Positions 40,835 through 51,986 are shown, counted from the first letter of the stretch. The stretch is 64,000 bases of DNA from an uncultured Acidobacteriota bacterium (GCA_963822445.1 CAWGHO010000002.1:352001-416000), one strand, 5' to 3'. Made by a program: numbers and translations. The notes: generated from the sequence alone by a model not told the origin.

Positions 40835-42751
40835 ATGAAACGACTCCTGGTCTTCACTCTGGTCGTCCTCACCGCGTGTACCACCGCGCCTCTGCCGCCA
40901 CCCGCGGCAATCTCCATGCGCTCGGGACCGACAGCCATCCACGGCGCGGTCACCGACAACAGCGGTGCTGCGCTCCCCGGAGCAACGGTGACCGTAACCG
41001 GTCCACAAGGCACTCTGAGCGCGGTTACCGACGCGAATGGCTCGTTCGCGATCAATTCACTGGGCCCGGGGCGATACATGATCACGGCGCAATTGACGGG
41101 ATTCCAGGCCGCGAGCTACTCGGTCACCGTCGTTTCGGGCAACACCACCATCGTTCCCCTCAGTCTCGGATTCGGCTCGGTCTCGGAGACGATCACCGTT
41201 ACCGCCGACGCGCCGCTCGTCACGACGACGAGCAGCACCGCGTCGTCGGTCATCTCGACCGGGACTCCGCCGTCGCCGTCGCGACCACGTGCGCGCATCA
41301 ACACGCCGCCGCCCGCTCCCGCACCGGTGGCCGTGCCCGCACCGGCGCCAGCGGCTCTTGCCGAGCCGATTTCACCGGCGCGCCCGCAATACGCGAGCTT
41401 CGCCGATCACGGGTTCATTGACGCGGGCCAGCAGCGCGTGACCACGTTCGCCATCGACGTCGATCGCGCGTCGTACGCGAACATCCGCCGCTTCCTCACC
41501 CAGGGTCACATGCCGCCGCGCGATGCAGTGCGCATCGAAGAGATGGTGAATTACTTCACCTACGACTATCCGCAGCCGACCGGCAGCGATCCGTTCTCGA
41601 TCACCACCGAGATCGCCGGCTGCCCCTGGAATCCATCCAATCGTCTGCTGCGCGTCGGCATCCAGGGTCGCAACCTCGATCAGTGGAAGATGGCCCCGAA
41701 CAACCTCGTCTTCCTTCTCGACGTCTCCGGCTCGATGTCCCCGCCGCAGCGTTTGCCACTGCTCCAACAGGCCTTCCGCGTGCTCGTCGATCAGCTTCGC
41801 GCCGAGGATCGGGTGGCGATCGTGGTCTACGCGGGAAGTGAGGGCCTGGTGCTGCCGTCGACGTCCGGCGCGGACAAGCAGGCCATTCTCTACGCCCTCA
41901 ACTCTCTACGTTCCGGCGGTTCGACTGCCGGTGCGGCCGGAATCGAGCTCGCGTACAAAGTCGCTCAGGAGAACTTCATCAAAGGCGGGAACAACCGGGT
42001 CATTCTCGCGACGGACGGCGACTTCAACGTCGGCATTTCGAGCATTCCTGCCTTGCAGACGCTCATCGAGCAGAAGCGCGAGTCGGGTGTGTTTCTGTCG
42101 ACCATCGGCGTCGGCGACAACAACTTCCAGGACGCCGTCATGGAGACGCTGGCGGACAAGGGAAACGGCAATTACAACTACCTCGATTCGCTGTCCGAAG
42201 CGGAGAAGGTGTTCCGCCGCGAGCTGACCGGCACGCTGGTGACGATCGCCAAGGACGTGAAAGTGCAGCTCGATTTCGACCCGGCCTACGTCGCGTCGTA
42301 TCGCCAGATCGGCTATGAGAATCGCGCGCTGGCGAACGAGGACTTCGAGGACGACAAGAAGGACGCGGGCGAGCTCGGCGCCGGCCACTCCGTGACGGCG
42401 CTGTACGAAATCGTGCCCCGCGGCTCGACGAAGGGAACGGTGGGGACGATCACGCTGCGCTACAAGGAACCGCAAGGCTCGGTCAGCACTCCGGTCAGCG
42501 CGACCGTGATCGATCAGGGCAAGAGCGTGTTCGAGGCGTCGCCGGACCTGCAGTTCGCGGCCGCGGTCGCGGAGATGGGCATGCTCCTTCGCAACTCGCC
42601 GAACAAAGGCACGTCGTCATGGGAAGAGGTCGCGCATCTGGCCAACCTCTCGCGCGGCGCGGACCTCGACGGAATGCGCGGTGAGTTCGCGACGCTGGTG
42701 AAGTCCGCGCAACTGAAGACGTCCGGCGATCAGATGGCGATTGGAAAGTGA
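40835..42751 (+). CDS. VWA-domain lipoprotein (YfbK type) with carboxypeptidase-regulatory-like domain
   Basis: GAVTDNSGAALPGATV; DVSGSM MIDAS; paralog of the upstream gene. Confidence 0.9.
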   Translation: MKRLLVFTLVVLTACTTAPLPPPAAISMRSGPTAIHGAVTDNSGAALPGATVTVTGPQGTLSAVTDANGSFAINSLGPGRYMITAQLTGFQAASYSVTVVSGNTTIVPLSLGFGSVSETITVTADAPLVTTTSSTASSVISTGTPPSPSRPRARINTPPPAPAPVAVPAPAPAALAEPISPARPQYASFADHGFIDAGQQRVTTFAIDVDRASYANIRRFLTQGHMPPRDAVRIEEMVNYFTYDYPQPTGSDPFSITTEIAGCPWNPSNRLLRVGIQGRNLDQWKMAPNNLVFLLDVSGSMSPPQRLPLLQQAFRVLVDQLRAEDRVAIVVYAGSEGLVLPSTSGADKQAILYALNSLRSGGSTAGAAGIELAYKVAQENFIKGGNNRVILATDGDFNVGISSIPALQTLIEQKRESGVFLSTIGVGDNNFQDAVMETLADKGNGNYNYLDSLSEAEKVFRRELTGTLVTIAKDVKVQLDFDPAYVASYRQIGYENRALANEDFEDDKKDAGELGAGHSVTALYEIVPRGSTKGTVGTITLRYKEPQGSVSTPVSATVIDQGKSVFEASPDLQFAAAVAEMGMLLRNSPNKGTSSWEEVAHLANLSRGADLDGMRGEFATLVKSAQLKTSGDQMAIGK

Positions 42752-42761
42752 GTTTGAGGAA

Positions 42762-42783
42762 AGGGCGGGCAGTTGCCCGCCCT
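42762..42783. terminator. Hairpin between convergent genes
   Basis: AGGGCGGGCA GT TGCCCGCCCT. Confidence 0.55.
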
Positions 42784-43537
42784 ACTTGATCGCCAGCAAC
42801 TCGATGTCGAATACCAGCATGCCCTGGGGCTTCCTCGGGTCCGACGCGTAGGCGAGCTTCGCCGGAATCCAGAACCGCCGCTTCTCGCCGACGACCATCA
42901 GCTGCAGCCCTTCCGTCCAGCCCTTGATCACCTGGTCGAGGCGGAACTCGGAAGGAGTACCGCGGGCAACGGAGCTGTCGATCATCCTTCCGTCGGTGGT
43001 CCAGCCGCTGTAGTGAACGGAGACCGTGCTTCGCGCTTTCGGACGCTCAGTGCCCGTGCCCGGACGAAGGACCTTTGACGCCAGTCCGGATGGAGTCGCC
43101 GTCGCATCAGCAGGCGCCGCGGCGAGGTCGGCAGGCGTTTCCGGCGGCGAGATGATCTCGAGCAGCTCGGTGTCGAAGACCAGGCCCAGGTCGACCTTGC
43201 CGCCGGTGAGCGCGGGCGGAACCCAGATGCGGCGACGCTCGCCGGCGACCATCTGCTGCACGGCGATGCGCCAGCCCGGAACGAGCTTCGTCACGGCGAT
43301 CGTCGCCGAGCGCGGGGCGGGCACGTGCTGCACCAGACTGCCGTCCGACTTCCACACCGTATAGCGAACCTTGACCAGATCGCCTTCCTTCGGGTTCGAG
43401 GTCCCGGTCCCTTCCGCGAGCCGCTTTGAGGCAAGCCCGTCCTCGCTCCGCACCGCATCGGCGGGCGGCGTGGTCAGGTCGGGCGGCGGGGTGGGCGGGT
43501 CGGTGGAAAGGGCGAGGAGCAGGAGAAAGAAGGTCAT
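42782..43537 (-). CDS. Tandem-domain FKBP-type peptidyl-prolyl isomerase
   Basis: VHYSGW, VIKGWTEGLQLM, LVFDIELL; two FKBP-like domains. Confidence 0.92.
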   Translation of the reverse strand: MTFFLLLLALSTDPPTPPPDLTTPPADAVRSEDGLASKRLAEGTGTSNPKEGDLVKVRYTVWKSDGSLVQHVPAPRSATIAVTKLVPGWRIAVQQMVAGERRRIWVPPALTGGKVDLGLVFDTELLEIISPPETPADLAAAPADATATPSGLASKVLRPGTGTERPKARSTVSVHYSGWTTDGRMIDSSVARGTPSEFRLDQVIKGWTEGLQLMVVGEKRRFWIPAKLAYASDPRKPQGMLVFDIELLAIK

Positions 43538-43553
43538 CGCCGCGGGATTCTAA

Positions 43554-43664
43554 TCAATCCCGCGGGATGTGAAACGGCACCTCGTCATCGCTGGGCGGCG
43601 AAGCGAGCTCGCGCTCTTCTTCGGTCTTCTCTTCTTCGATGCGGTACGTGCGAATGTCTTCCAT
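43554..43664 (-). CDS. Unannotated 36-aa acidic small protein
   Basis: AGGAG 5 nt before the ATG, overlapping the aceA stop; MEDIRTYRIEEEKTEEERELASPPSDDEVPFHIPRD. Confidence 0.55.
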   Translation of the reverse strand: MEDIRTYRIEEEKTEEERELASPPSDDEVPFHIPRD

Positions 43665-43672
43665 CTGTTCTC

Positions 43673-44949
<1,277 letters not shown>

Positions 44950-44953
<4 letters not shown>

Positions 44954-46527
44954 GCTTGCTCCTGTCGCAACAGTTCTTGGTATGCGGGAATCGTCAGAAA
45001 GTCCGCGAGGTCGTCCGCGAGGATCAGCTCGTCGAAAATCTTTGATGCAGTCGTGATGTGTGGTCGCTCGCCGATGCTCGCCAGCTCTTCGTCGCGCAGC
45101 GTTTCGTAGAGCGCCGCGTCGATGGCACGGCCGTCATCGAGATGCGCGCCGTGATGAATCCACTGCCAGATCTGCGTGCGCGAGATCTCGGCCGTGGCCG
45201 CGTCTTCCATCAGGTTGTAGAGCGGCACCGCGCCGCTGCCGCCGAGCCAGGCCTCGAGGTAGAGCAGGCCGACGTTGATGTTCTGGCGCAGACCTTTCTC
45301 GGTGATCGGCCCTTCGTGGCGGCGGAGAAGATCGTCGGGTTTCACGCGGACGTCTTCGCGCTTGCGGTCGATCTGATTCGGTTGCGGCATGTGCTCGTCG
45401 AACACGCGCTTCGCGGTCTCGACATGGCCCGGATGCGCGACCCAGGTTCCGTCGTGGCCGGCCTTCACCTCGCGCAGCTTGTCCGCCGCGACTTTCGCCG
45501 TCGCCGCGTCATTCGCGTCCGCGTCGCCCTTGATCGGGATCTGCGCGGCCATGCCGCCCATCGCGTGAATGCCGCGGCGATGGCAGGTCTGAATGAGCAG
45601 ATCGACGTACGCGGCGAGGAAGGCCCTGTCCATCGTCACCAGCGCGCGGTCCGGCAGTTGCCAGTCGCGCGAACGGAACTTCTTGATGAACGAGAAGATG
45701 TAATCCCAGCGGCCACAGTTGAGTCCCGAGGAGTGGCTGCGCAGCTCCCAGAGGATCTCGTGCATCTCGAACGCGGCCAGGATCGTCTCAATGAGCACCG
45801 TGGCGCGGATCGTTCCGACCGGAATGCCGAGCTCCTGTTGCGCGCGGATGAAGACGTCGTTCCAGAGCCGCGCCTCGAGGTGCGACTCCATCTTCGGCAG
45901 GTAAAAGTACGGGCCGCTGCCGCGCGCGATCAGCTCCTTCGCGTTGTGGAAGAAGTAGAGCGCGAAGTCGAAGATGCTCGCGCTGACCGGCTGGCCGTCG
46001 ACGTGGACGTGTTCCTCGAGCAGATGCCAGCCACGCGGTCGAACGACCAGCGTCGCTGTCGTTTCATTGAGCTTGTATTGCTTCGCGCCGGTATCGAGGC
46101 TGATGGTGCGGCGCACTGCGTCGAAGAGATTGAGCTGACCTTCAACGCAGTTTTCCCACGTCGGTGAGTTCGCGTCCTCGAAGTCGGCCATGAAGACGTT
46201 CGCGCCGGAGTTGAGAGCGTTGATGATCATCTTCCGGTCGACGGGACCGGTGATCTCGACGCGGCGGTCGAGGAGATCGGGCGGAATCGGCGCGACGGTC
46301 CAGTCGCTCTCGCGGATCTCGCGCGTCTCCGCCAGGAAATCAGGGAGCTCGCCGGCGTCGAGGCGCTTCTTGCGCTCTTCGCGCGCGGCCAGCAGTTCCT
46401 CGCGGCGCGGATTGAATTCTTTGTGCAGCAAGGCGACGAACCCGAGGGCTTCGTCGGAGAGGATCGGGTCCCACTCCGGCTGCAGCTCGCGGCGCACCTC
46501 GATGTCGGTCGTGATCGTTGACGTCAT
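44950..46527 (-). CDS. aceB: Malate synthase A
   Basis: [31 protein letters not shown]. Confidence 0.98.
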
Positions 46528-46592
46528 CGTGTAAAATAATGAGCACGCGCCCTGCCAAGGTCAATAAGACACACCTTGTCTGTCAGTTACAG

Positions 46593-46640
46593 TGTCAAAG
46601 GTTGTAAAGCGAGATGAGTAAAGCTGTAAACAGCTGTGAA
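46593..46640. promoter_or_regulatory. Candidate operator of the RamB-like regulator (TGTNAA repeats)
   Basis: TGTCAA 46593, TGTAAA 46603, TGTAAA 46625, TGTGAA 46635; two pairs with 10-bp period. Confidence 0.5.
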
Positions 46641-46665
46641 TTCAGCCGCTGAGGAGTGCAATGTC

Positions 46666-48138
46666 ATGAGTGCACAATCCAAACTCGGGGCCAAGGTTCG
46701 CTCCATGCGCCGCCGGGAGCAGCTTTCCCAGGTTCAATTGGCCGAGCGGCTGGAGATCTCGCCGAGCTATCTCAATCTCATCGAGCACAATCAGCGGCCG
46801 CTTCCCGCGCACCTGCTCGTCCGCCTCGCCCAGATCTTTCACGTCGAGCTGCAGGCGTTCGCGGATGACAGTCAGGTGCGCCTCGCCGACTCGCTGCAGG
46901 AAGTCTTCGCCGATCCATTGCTCGAGGAGCACGGCGTGACGACGAACGAGGTCCGGGAGATCGCCGAATCGCCCGCGGCGGCGCGCGCGGTCATCGCCCT
47001 GTTCGACGCGTACAAGAGCTCCGTCTCCTCGATGCGCGACCTGGCTTCGCAGGTTTACGACGGCGGCACGTTTCACGGCGTCGATCCGGCGCATCTGCCG
47101 TCCGAGGAGGCTTCGGATGTGATCCAGGAAAACGTGAATTACTTTCCCGAGCTCGAGGCGGCCGCCGTCGATCTGGCGCAGCGCACGTCGCTCGATCGCT
47201 CGGACATGTACCGCTGCCTCACCAGCTACCTGCGCGAGAAGCATCGCGTCGAAGTGATCCTCACGCCGGTGAGCCGCGACCGGGGGCTGATCCGCCGGTA
47301 CGACCCGGAGATGCGGACGCTTTCACTGTCGGAAGTCCTGCCGCCCTGGTCGCGCCAGTTTCAGGTCGCCCATCAGCTTGGACTGATCGAAGCGGCGCCG
47401 GTCATCGATTCGATCATCGCCCGCTCGCAAAAGAACCTGACCACGCCCGAGTCGGTGAAGTTGTGCCGCGTCGCGCTCGCGAATTACTTCGCCGGCGCGC
47501 TGCTGATGCCGTACGACGACTTTTACCGGCTGGCCGAGGATGTCCGTTACGACATCGAGCTGCTGCAGCATCACTACACCGCGAGCTGGGAGCAGGTCTG
47601 CCATCGCCTGACCACGTTGCGCAAGCCCGGCGCGACCGGCGTCGCGTTTCACTTCGTCCGCGTCGACATCGCCGGCAACATCTCCAAGCGTTTCTCCGGC
47701 ACGGGCATCCGCTTCGCGCGCTTCTCCGGATCCTGTCCGCGTTGGGATGTGCATGCCGCGTTTCTTACGCCGGGGCGCATCCGCACGCAGTTCTCGCAGA
47801 TGCCCGACGGCACAGCCTACTTCTGCATCGCCCGCACGATCCGCAAGAGTTACGGCTACGCATCGGGCGACGCGTTGATGGCCGTGGGCATCGGCTGCCC
47901 GGTCCGCGACGCGCGCAAGCTTGTTTACGCGGATGGCTACGATCTCGCCAATCTCGAAGCGGCCGTGCCGATCGGAACGACCTGCCGTTTGTGCGAGCGT
48001 CTCGATTGCGAGCAGCGCGCGTTTCCGCCGATGCAGCATGGATTGAAGGTCGACGAGAACGTGCGCGGGCGATCGTTTTACGCGCCGGTGATCGAATCGC
48101 CGCGCGTCGCGGAGACGAAGGTGAAGCGCAAACGCTGA
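46666..48138 (+). CDS. XRE-family short-chain fatty acyl-CoA regulator (RamB/PrpR/ScfR type)
   Basis: ISPSYLNLIEHNQRP HTH, ANYFAGALLMP, RVDIAGNISKR, CRLCERLDCEQRA; divergent from aceBA. Confidence 0.92.
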   Translation: MSAQSKLGAKVRSMRRREQLSQVQLAERLEISPSYLNLIEHNQRPLPAHLLVRLAQIFHVELQAFADDSQVRLADSLQEVFADPLLEEHGVTTNEVREIAESPAAARAVIALFDAYKSSVSSMRDLASQVYDGGTFHGVDPAHLPSEEASDVIQENVNYFPELEAAAVDLAQRTSLDRSDMYRCLTSYLREKHRVEVILTPVSRDRGLIRRYDPEMRTLSLSEVLPPWSRQFQVAHQLGLIEAAPVIDSIIARSQKNLTTPESVKLCRVALANYFAGALLMPYDDFYRLAEDVRYDIELLQHHYTASWEQVCHRLTTLRKPGATGVAFHFVRVDIAGNISKRFSGTGIRFARFSGSCPRWDVHAAFLTPGRIRTQFSQMPDGTAYFCIARTIRKSYGYASGDALMAVGIGCPVRDARKLVYADGYDLANLEAAVPIGTTCRLCERLDCEQRAFPPMQHGLKVDENVRGRSFYAPVIESPRVAETKVKRKR

Positions 48139-48150
48139 TGTAGTCATCCC

Positions 48151-48175
48151 GGAACCTTTCGCAGATCGCTCCGTC
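48151..48175 (+). promoter_or_regulatory. Possible ECF-type promoter GGAACC-N15-CGTC
   Basis: Matches the generic ECF AAC/CGT consensus upstream of the barrel gene. Confidence 0.35.
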
Positions 48176-48198
48176 CCACTCAGCGAAAGGAATCCCCC

Positions 48199-49419
48199 AT
48201 GCCCCGGACCCTGATCCTCGCCGGTTCCCTCGCCCTTCTCCTCTCCCCTTCTTCGCTTTTCGCTCAGACCATCGACTCATTCGTCGGGATTCGTCTTCGT
48301 CTGGACAACGCCGGTGCGCGCGGTGCCGCGATGGGCGGTACGTCGGAAGCGCTCACCGACGTCTTCGCCGCCGCGACGAATCCCGCGGCGCTCGCGAAAC
48401 AGAAGCATCGCTCGGCAGCGATCGAAGTGCGACACACCTCTTCGTCCACGGACTTCATCAGCGGTGGCGTCCTGTTCGATCGCCACGAAACGGCGGACGT
48501 GACTTCGACGCGTAACGCGATCGGCGCGGCGATGGTCGTTCTGCCGGCGCGTCGCGTGACCTTCGCGCTTCATTACGACGAGCCCCTCTTCGCGAGAATG
48601 AATCCGGGCGCGCTCAGTCAGCAGGCCCTCCTGCCCTTCGGTCTCGATATCAGCGACGGTCTCGTCCCGCCATGGCAGTGCACGGACGATTGCTCGCTGG
48701 TCTATCTTCGCGCTCCGATCGCGCCGACGCTCGACATGAGCACGTCAATCCGGCGCGCGGGCGCCGCGGCCGGCTGGAGCCACGGCAATGTCTCCCTCGG
48801 CGCGGCCCTTCAATACACGCAGGTGGAGCGATCGATTGCTCTGCCGTATCCAGAATCTCCCTTCGTCACGCCGGTCGGCACCGCGGACGGCGGGAAACTC
48901 GCCTGGAGCACCGGCGTGCAATGGCAGATCGTTCCGGCGCTTCGTGCCGGCGCCTCGTACCGAAGCGGCGCAACATACGAAGAGCAGTACTCGGTGAACT
49001 TCGCCGTGCCGTCTTCCTACGGCGCGGGACTGGCCGCAGATCTCGGACCGAACGTCACGATCTCCGCGGATGCCGTTCGCGTCCACTACAGCGAGTCCCT
49101 CGGATTCAGCCCGGAGTTTCCGGCGACCGTCGACTATCGCTTCCCAGACGTGACCGAGTTGCACGCGGGCGCCGAATGGCGCTCATCGACGCGCGTTCCC
49201 GTCGCGCTTCGGGCCGGCTGGTGGCGCGACCCGGCGCATCGCCTCCGCGCGTTCGGCGAGCCGGTGCAGGCAGGGGTGTTCAACCTGGGATTGCTCGACG
49301 CCGATGAGAATCACGTCACCGCGGGCATCGGCATCGGCGATCGCGTCCGGTTCGACGCGGCGATCGATCGCAGCGAGAACACCACGCGCGGATCGCTGAG
49401 CCTGGCGACGAATTTCTAA
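48199..49419 (+). CDS. FadL/OmpP1-like outer-membrane beta-barrel
   Basis: GARGAAMGG..NPAAL hatch motif, terminal Phe. Confidence 0.75.
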   Translation: MPRTLILAGSLALLLSPSSLFAQTIDSFVGIRLRLDNAGARGAAMGGTSEALTDVFAAATNPAALAKQKHRSAAIEVRHTSSSTDFISGGVLFDRHETADVTSTRNAIGAAMVVLPARRVTFALHYDEPLFARMNPGALSQQALLPFGLDISDGLVPPWQCTDDCSLVYLRAPIAPTLDMSTSIRRAGAAAGWSHGNVSLGAALQYTQVERSIALPYPESPFVTPVGTADGGKLAWSTGVQWQIVPALRAGASYRSGATYEEQYSVNFAVPSSYGAGLAADLGPNVTISADAVRVHYSESLGFSPEFPATVDYRFPDVTELHAGAEWRSSTRVPVALRAGWWRDPAHRLRAFGEPVQAGVFNLGLLDADENHVTAGIGIGDRVRFDAAIDRSENTTRGSLSLATNF

Positions 49420-49649
49420 GTGCCGAACCGATACTGCAAGGCCCGGCGGATCTCATCGAGCTCCTGGGATTCGCCGGCGCCGAGCGGTTTGGAAACCTCG
49501 ATCGGTTTGAGCTCGGGATCGCTGAACGAGATCACGCAGTAATCAGCACCCAGGGGCTCAACGACGTCCGCGATCTCGCTTCCATCGCGTCCGATCTCCG
49601 TCATCGCCTCGCGGGCCATGCGGCGAATCCGGTCTTCGAAGTCGGTCAT
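49416..49649 (-). CDS. Small hypothetical protein
   Basis: MTDFEDRIRR... fills the gap at the end of the padR operon. Confidence 0.5.
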   Translation of the reverse strand: MTDFEDRIRRMAREAMTEIGRDGSEIADVVEPLGADYCVISFSDPELKPIEVSKPLGAGESQELDEIRRALQYRFGT

Positions 49650-49669
49650 GAAGACCGGAGAAACAAGAA

Positions 49670-50449
49670 TCAGGCCCAGAGCACCGCGGCACCCAGTGCC
49701 GCGACGATCGCCCCGATCGCGGCGAGCACCACGAGATGCGCGCGCTTCATCCGATTGAGGACCGGCATGAACAGCGCGCGAATCGGCGCGAAGAGCAACG
49801 CGAACAGCCCCGCCATCAGAATCCACCACCCGCCCGCGGCCATGCTCACCACACCGATCGTCATCCGGATCCGCTCGGCGCGATCAACGGGCTCGGGGAG
49901 TCCAAGTTCTTCCAACCCCTGCTCCGACGCAAACATCCCGGGAACGGCGACGCCGACGATCAATGCCGCCGCAACGAAGCCGATCAACGCGAGGACGATC
50001 GGCGGCAGGACCAGCCATGCCCTGGGACCGAGCGGCTCGCCCCGCTCGCGCAGCAAAGCGACGCAGGCGCGGCTCAGAACGAAGGCGAGAGGAAGGAGAA
50101 GAACGCCTCCGATCGGGAACGTGAACACCATCAGCGCGGTCACCGCGAACGACAGATACGCGAGCCGCCAGTCCTCGGGACCGGTCATCAACCGGCCCAT
50201 CACGCGACGCCAGGCCGGCAGTTCCTCATCGGGAAGCCAGCGTTCCGGCGGTCCAAGCTGTTCGAGCACCGTATGAAGGGCGTCCGGACCGACCGGCCCC
50301 GGCACTCCCGCCAGCGCGAACTCGACGTGCTCGATCACGTTCTGCTCGACCTCGGTCGCCTCGATCGCGCGCGTCCCGCGCAACGCGCTCCGTGTCCGCT
50401 GCAGGTAATCGTCGAATCGCCGTCTCGCGTCGGGGGTCAGTTCGATCAT
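49670..50449 (-). CDS. PadR-associated membrane protein (HAAS/DUF1700-like)
   Basis: DYLQR..VIEHVE..LEQLGPPE N-domain followed by TM helices; coupled to padR. Confidence 0.75.
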   Translation of the reverse strand: MIELTPDARRRFDDYLQRTRSALRGTRAIEATEVEQNVIEHVEFALAGVPGPVGPDALHTVLEQLGPPERWLPDEELPAWRRVMGRLMTGPEDWRLAYLSFAVTALMVFTFPIGGVLLLPLAFVLSRACVALLRERGEPLGPRAWLVLPPIVLALIGFVAAALIVGVAVPGMFASEQGLEELGLPEPVDRAERIRMTIGVVSMAAGGWWILMAGLFALLFAPIRALFMPVLNRMKRAHLVVLAAIGAIVAALGAAVLWA

Positions 50450-50790
50450 CGCTTGGTCTCCTTCAGCTCGCCGATTGCTTCGTGCAGCCGCTGCCAGTGC
50501 TGGTTCATCCGCTTCAACTCTTCGCGGCCACCAGGGGTGAGCCGGTAGTACTTACGTGGCGGACCTTCCGAGGATTCTTCGATGTAGCTCTCCACGTAAG
50601 CCTCGTTCCGGAGGCGGCTGAGGATCGGGTAGACCGTTCCCTCGGTGATGACCAGGCTGTCGACGCCGCCGAGGCGGCGCACGATCTCGTAACCGTAGAG
50701 CGGGCCGGAGCCGAGAACATTGAGGATGGCCAGCTCGAGAAGTCCCTTGCGCAGTTGCGTCGTCCAGTTCACGTAAAAGCTCTCCGTCAT
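50446..50790 (-). CDS. PadR-family transcriptional regulator
   Basis: QLRKGLLELAIL, YGYEI, EGTVYPILSRL, PPRKYYRLT. Confidence 0.95.
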   Translation of the reverse strand: MTESFYVNWTTQLRKGLLELAILNVLGSGPLYGYEIVRRLGGVDSLVITEGTVYPILSRLRNEAYVESYIEESSEGPPRKYYRLTPGGREELKRMNQHWQRLHEAIGELKETKR

Positions 50791-50801
50791 CCCTGCAATG
50801 C

Positions 50802-50830
50802 AATATAGGGCGTCACCAGCTACCTGTCAA
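50802..50830 (-). promoter_or_regulatory. Sigma70-type promoter of padR
   Basis: TTGACA-N17-TATATT. Confidence 0.7.
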
Positions 50831-50842
50831 TGCTATGTAGCC

Positions 50843-50880
50843 AGAAAAAGAAGAAGGCCCGCAACTGGCGGGCCTTCTTC
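50843..50880 (-). terminator. Rho-independent terminator
   Basis: GAAGAAGGCCCGC..GCGGGCCTTCTTC followed by a T tract on the minus strand. Confidence 0.8.
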
Positions 50881-50886
50881 GAGACG

Positions 50887-51699
50887 TTACGGTTGCGGTT
50901 TCGCCAGCGACCGGACACCGGTCCAGGCGTCGCCGGTGAACGTATCCACCGAGCTGGTGTAGGCCACCCACGGCGTCGGCTCCTCGCCGCTCTTCGCCCA
51001 GTCCGGATAGATCCTGATCTCGCGAGCCTGGTTGCCTTCGCCGGGGATGCGGATGCTGCGCATCGACTGGGGGGGCACTTCAACTGCGAGCGGCGCGAGG
51101 CTCGGGAACTCGACGAAGAAGGTCACGGTGCGCTCCTGGTCCATGTTGGTGATGCCGACGTTGGTGTAGATGTTCGCGTCATGGCTGATGCCGTGAAAGA
51201 TGGCTTCACGCGCGTGATACTCGGTCGACGCGGTGGCCTGAATCTCCTGCCGCGAGCTACCGAGGCTGCCGAAGCGCCCGCGGTCGCCGACGACGTAGGC
51301 GATGGCCTCGATCCGGCCCTCCGGATCGGGCTCGAACAGCGGCAGCCCGCGCTCATTCTTCTGGCCCGTAGGTTTCGCTGCCCAGAGACGCATCGAACGG
51401 ATGAACGTGCCGTGTGTGTTCGGGATGAAACCCTGCCTGTAGAAATGAGTGCCGCGTGCATCGAGGGCGGCCAGTCCGTCGTAGGGAAAGAACCCACCCG
51501 GTTGCTCGGGGCCGCCGATGTATTCGATGACCACCTGCTGGGGAACATCACGATGGTTCCGTAGAACCAGTTCCGTCCTGTAGGTGACATTCGGCAGGAA
51601 GACGTTCCCGACGATGGGAAGGGTGATGTCGTGTCCGATGTCGGCGGCGGCGGGCAGAGCGAGTGCGAGCAGCAGCGATACCACGGCAATTCGTTTCAA
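50887..51699 (-). CDS. Secreted hypothetical protein
   Basis: TTG start with GAGGAGGAG RBS; signal peptide; C-terminal SSVDTFTGDAWTGVR. Confidence 0.75.
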   Translation of the reverse strand: MKRIAVVSLLLALALPAAADIGHDITLPIVGNVFLPNVTYRTELVLRNHRDVPQQVVIEYIGGPEQPGGFFPYDGLAALDARGTHFYRQGFIPNTHGTFIRSMRLWAAKPTGQKNERGLPLFEPDPEGRIEAIAYVVGDRGRFGSLGSSRQEIQATASTEYHAREAIFHGISHDANIYTNVGITNMDQERTVTFFVEFPSLAPLAVEVPPQSMRSIRIPGEGNQAREIRIYPDWAKSGEEPTPWVAYTSSVDTFTGDAWTGVRSLAKPQP

Positions 51700-51739
51700 T
51701 GGTTCTCCTCCTCGGATGGTGGTTGTTTGCGACCCGCGC

Positions 51740-51773
51740 AAAAAGAAAAAGGCCGGCGGTCAGCCGGCCTTTT
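51740..51773 (-). terminator. Rho-independent terminator
   Basis: AAAAGGCCGGC..GCCGGCCTTTT with T tract. Confidence 0.75.
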
Positions 51774-51809
51774 CACTGCGTCGTTTCGCGAGGCGCATAT
51801 GGTACTGAA

Positions 51810-51986
51810 TCAGGGTCGGAATTTCGAGCCCGGCGGTACGCGAACGCCTGAGAAGGCGTCACCGGTGTAGCCGTCACTCGCTCGCCGGGAGCCCTCGACT
51901 TCCTGCCGCGAGCTGCCGTCGAAGCCGAACCGTCCCCGCAGCTTGACGATCGTCGCGCTGATCTCGAGGCGGCCGTGAGGATCCTC
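51810..51986 (-). pseudogene. Internally deleted remnant of a paralog of 50887..51699
   Basis: DPHGRLEISA..RGRFGFDGSSRQEVE / DGYTGDAFSGVR aligns with DPEGRIEAIA..RGRFGSLGSSRQEIQ / DTFTGDAWTGVR. Confidence 0.75.
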
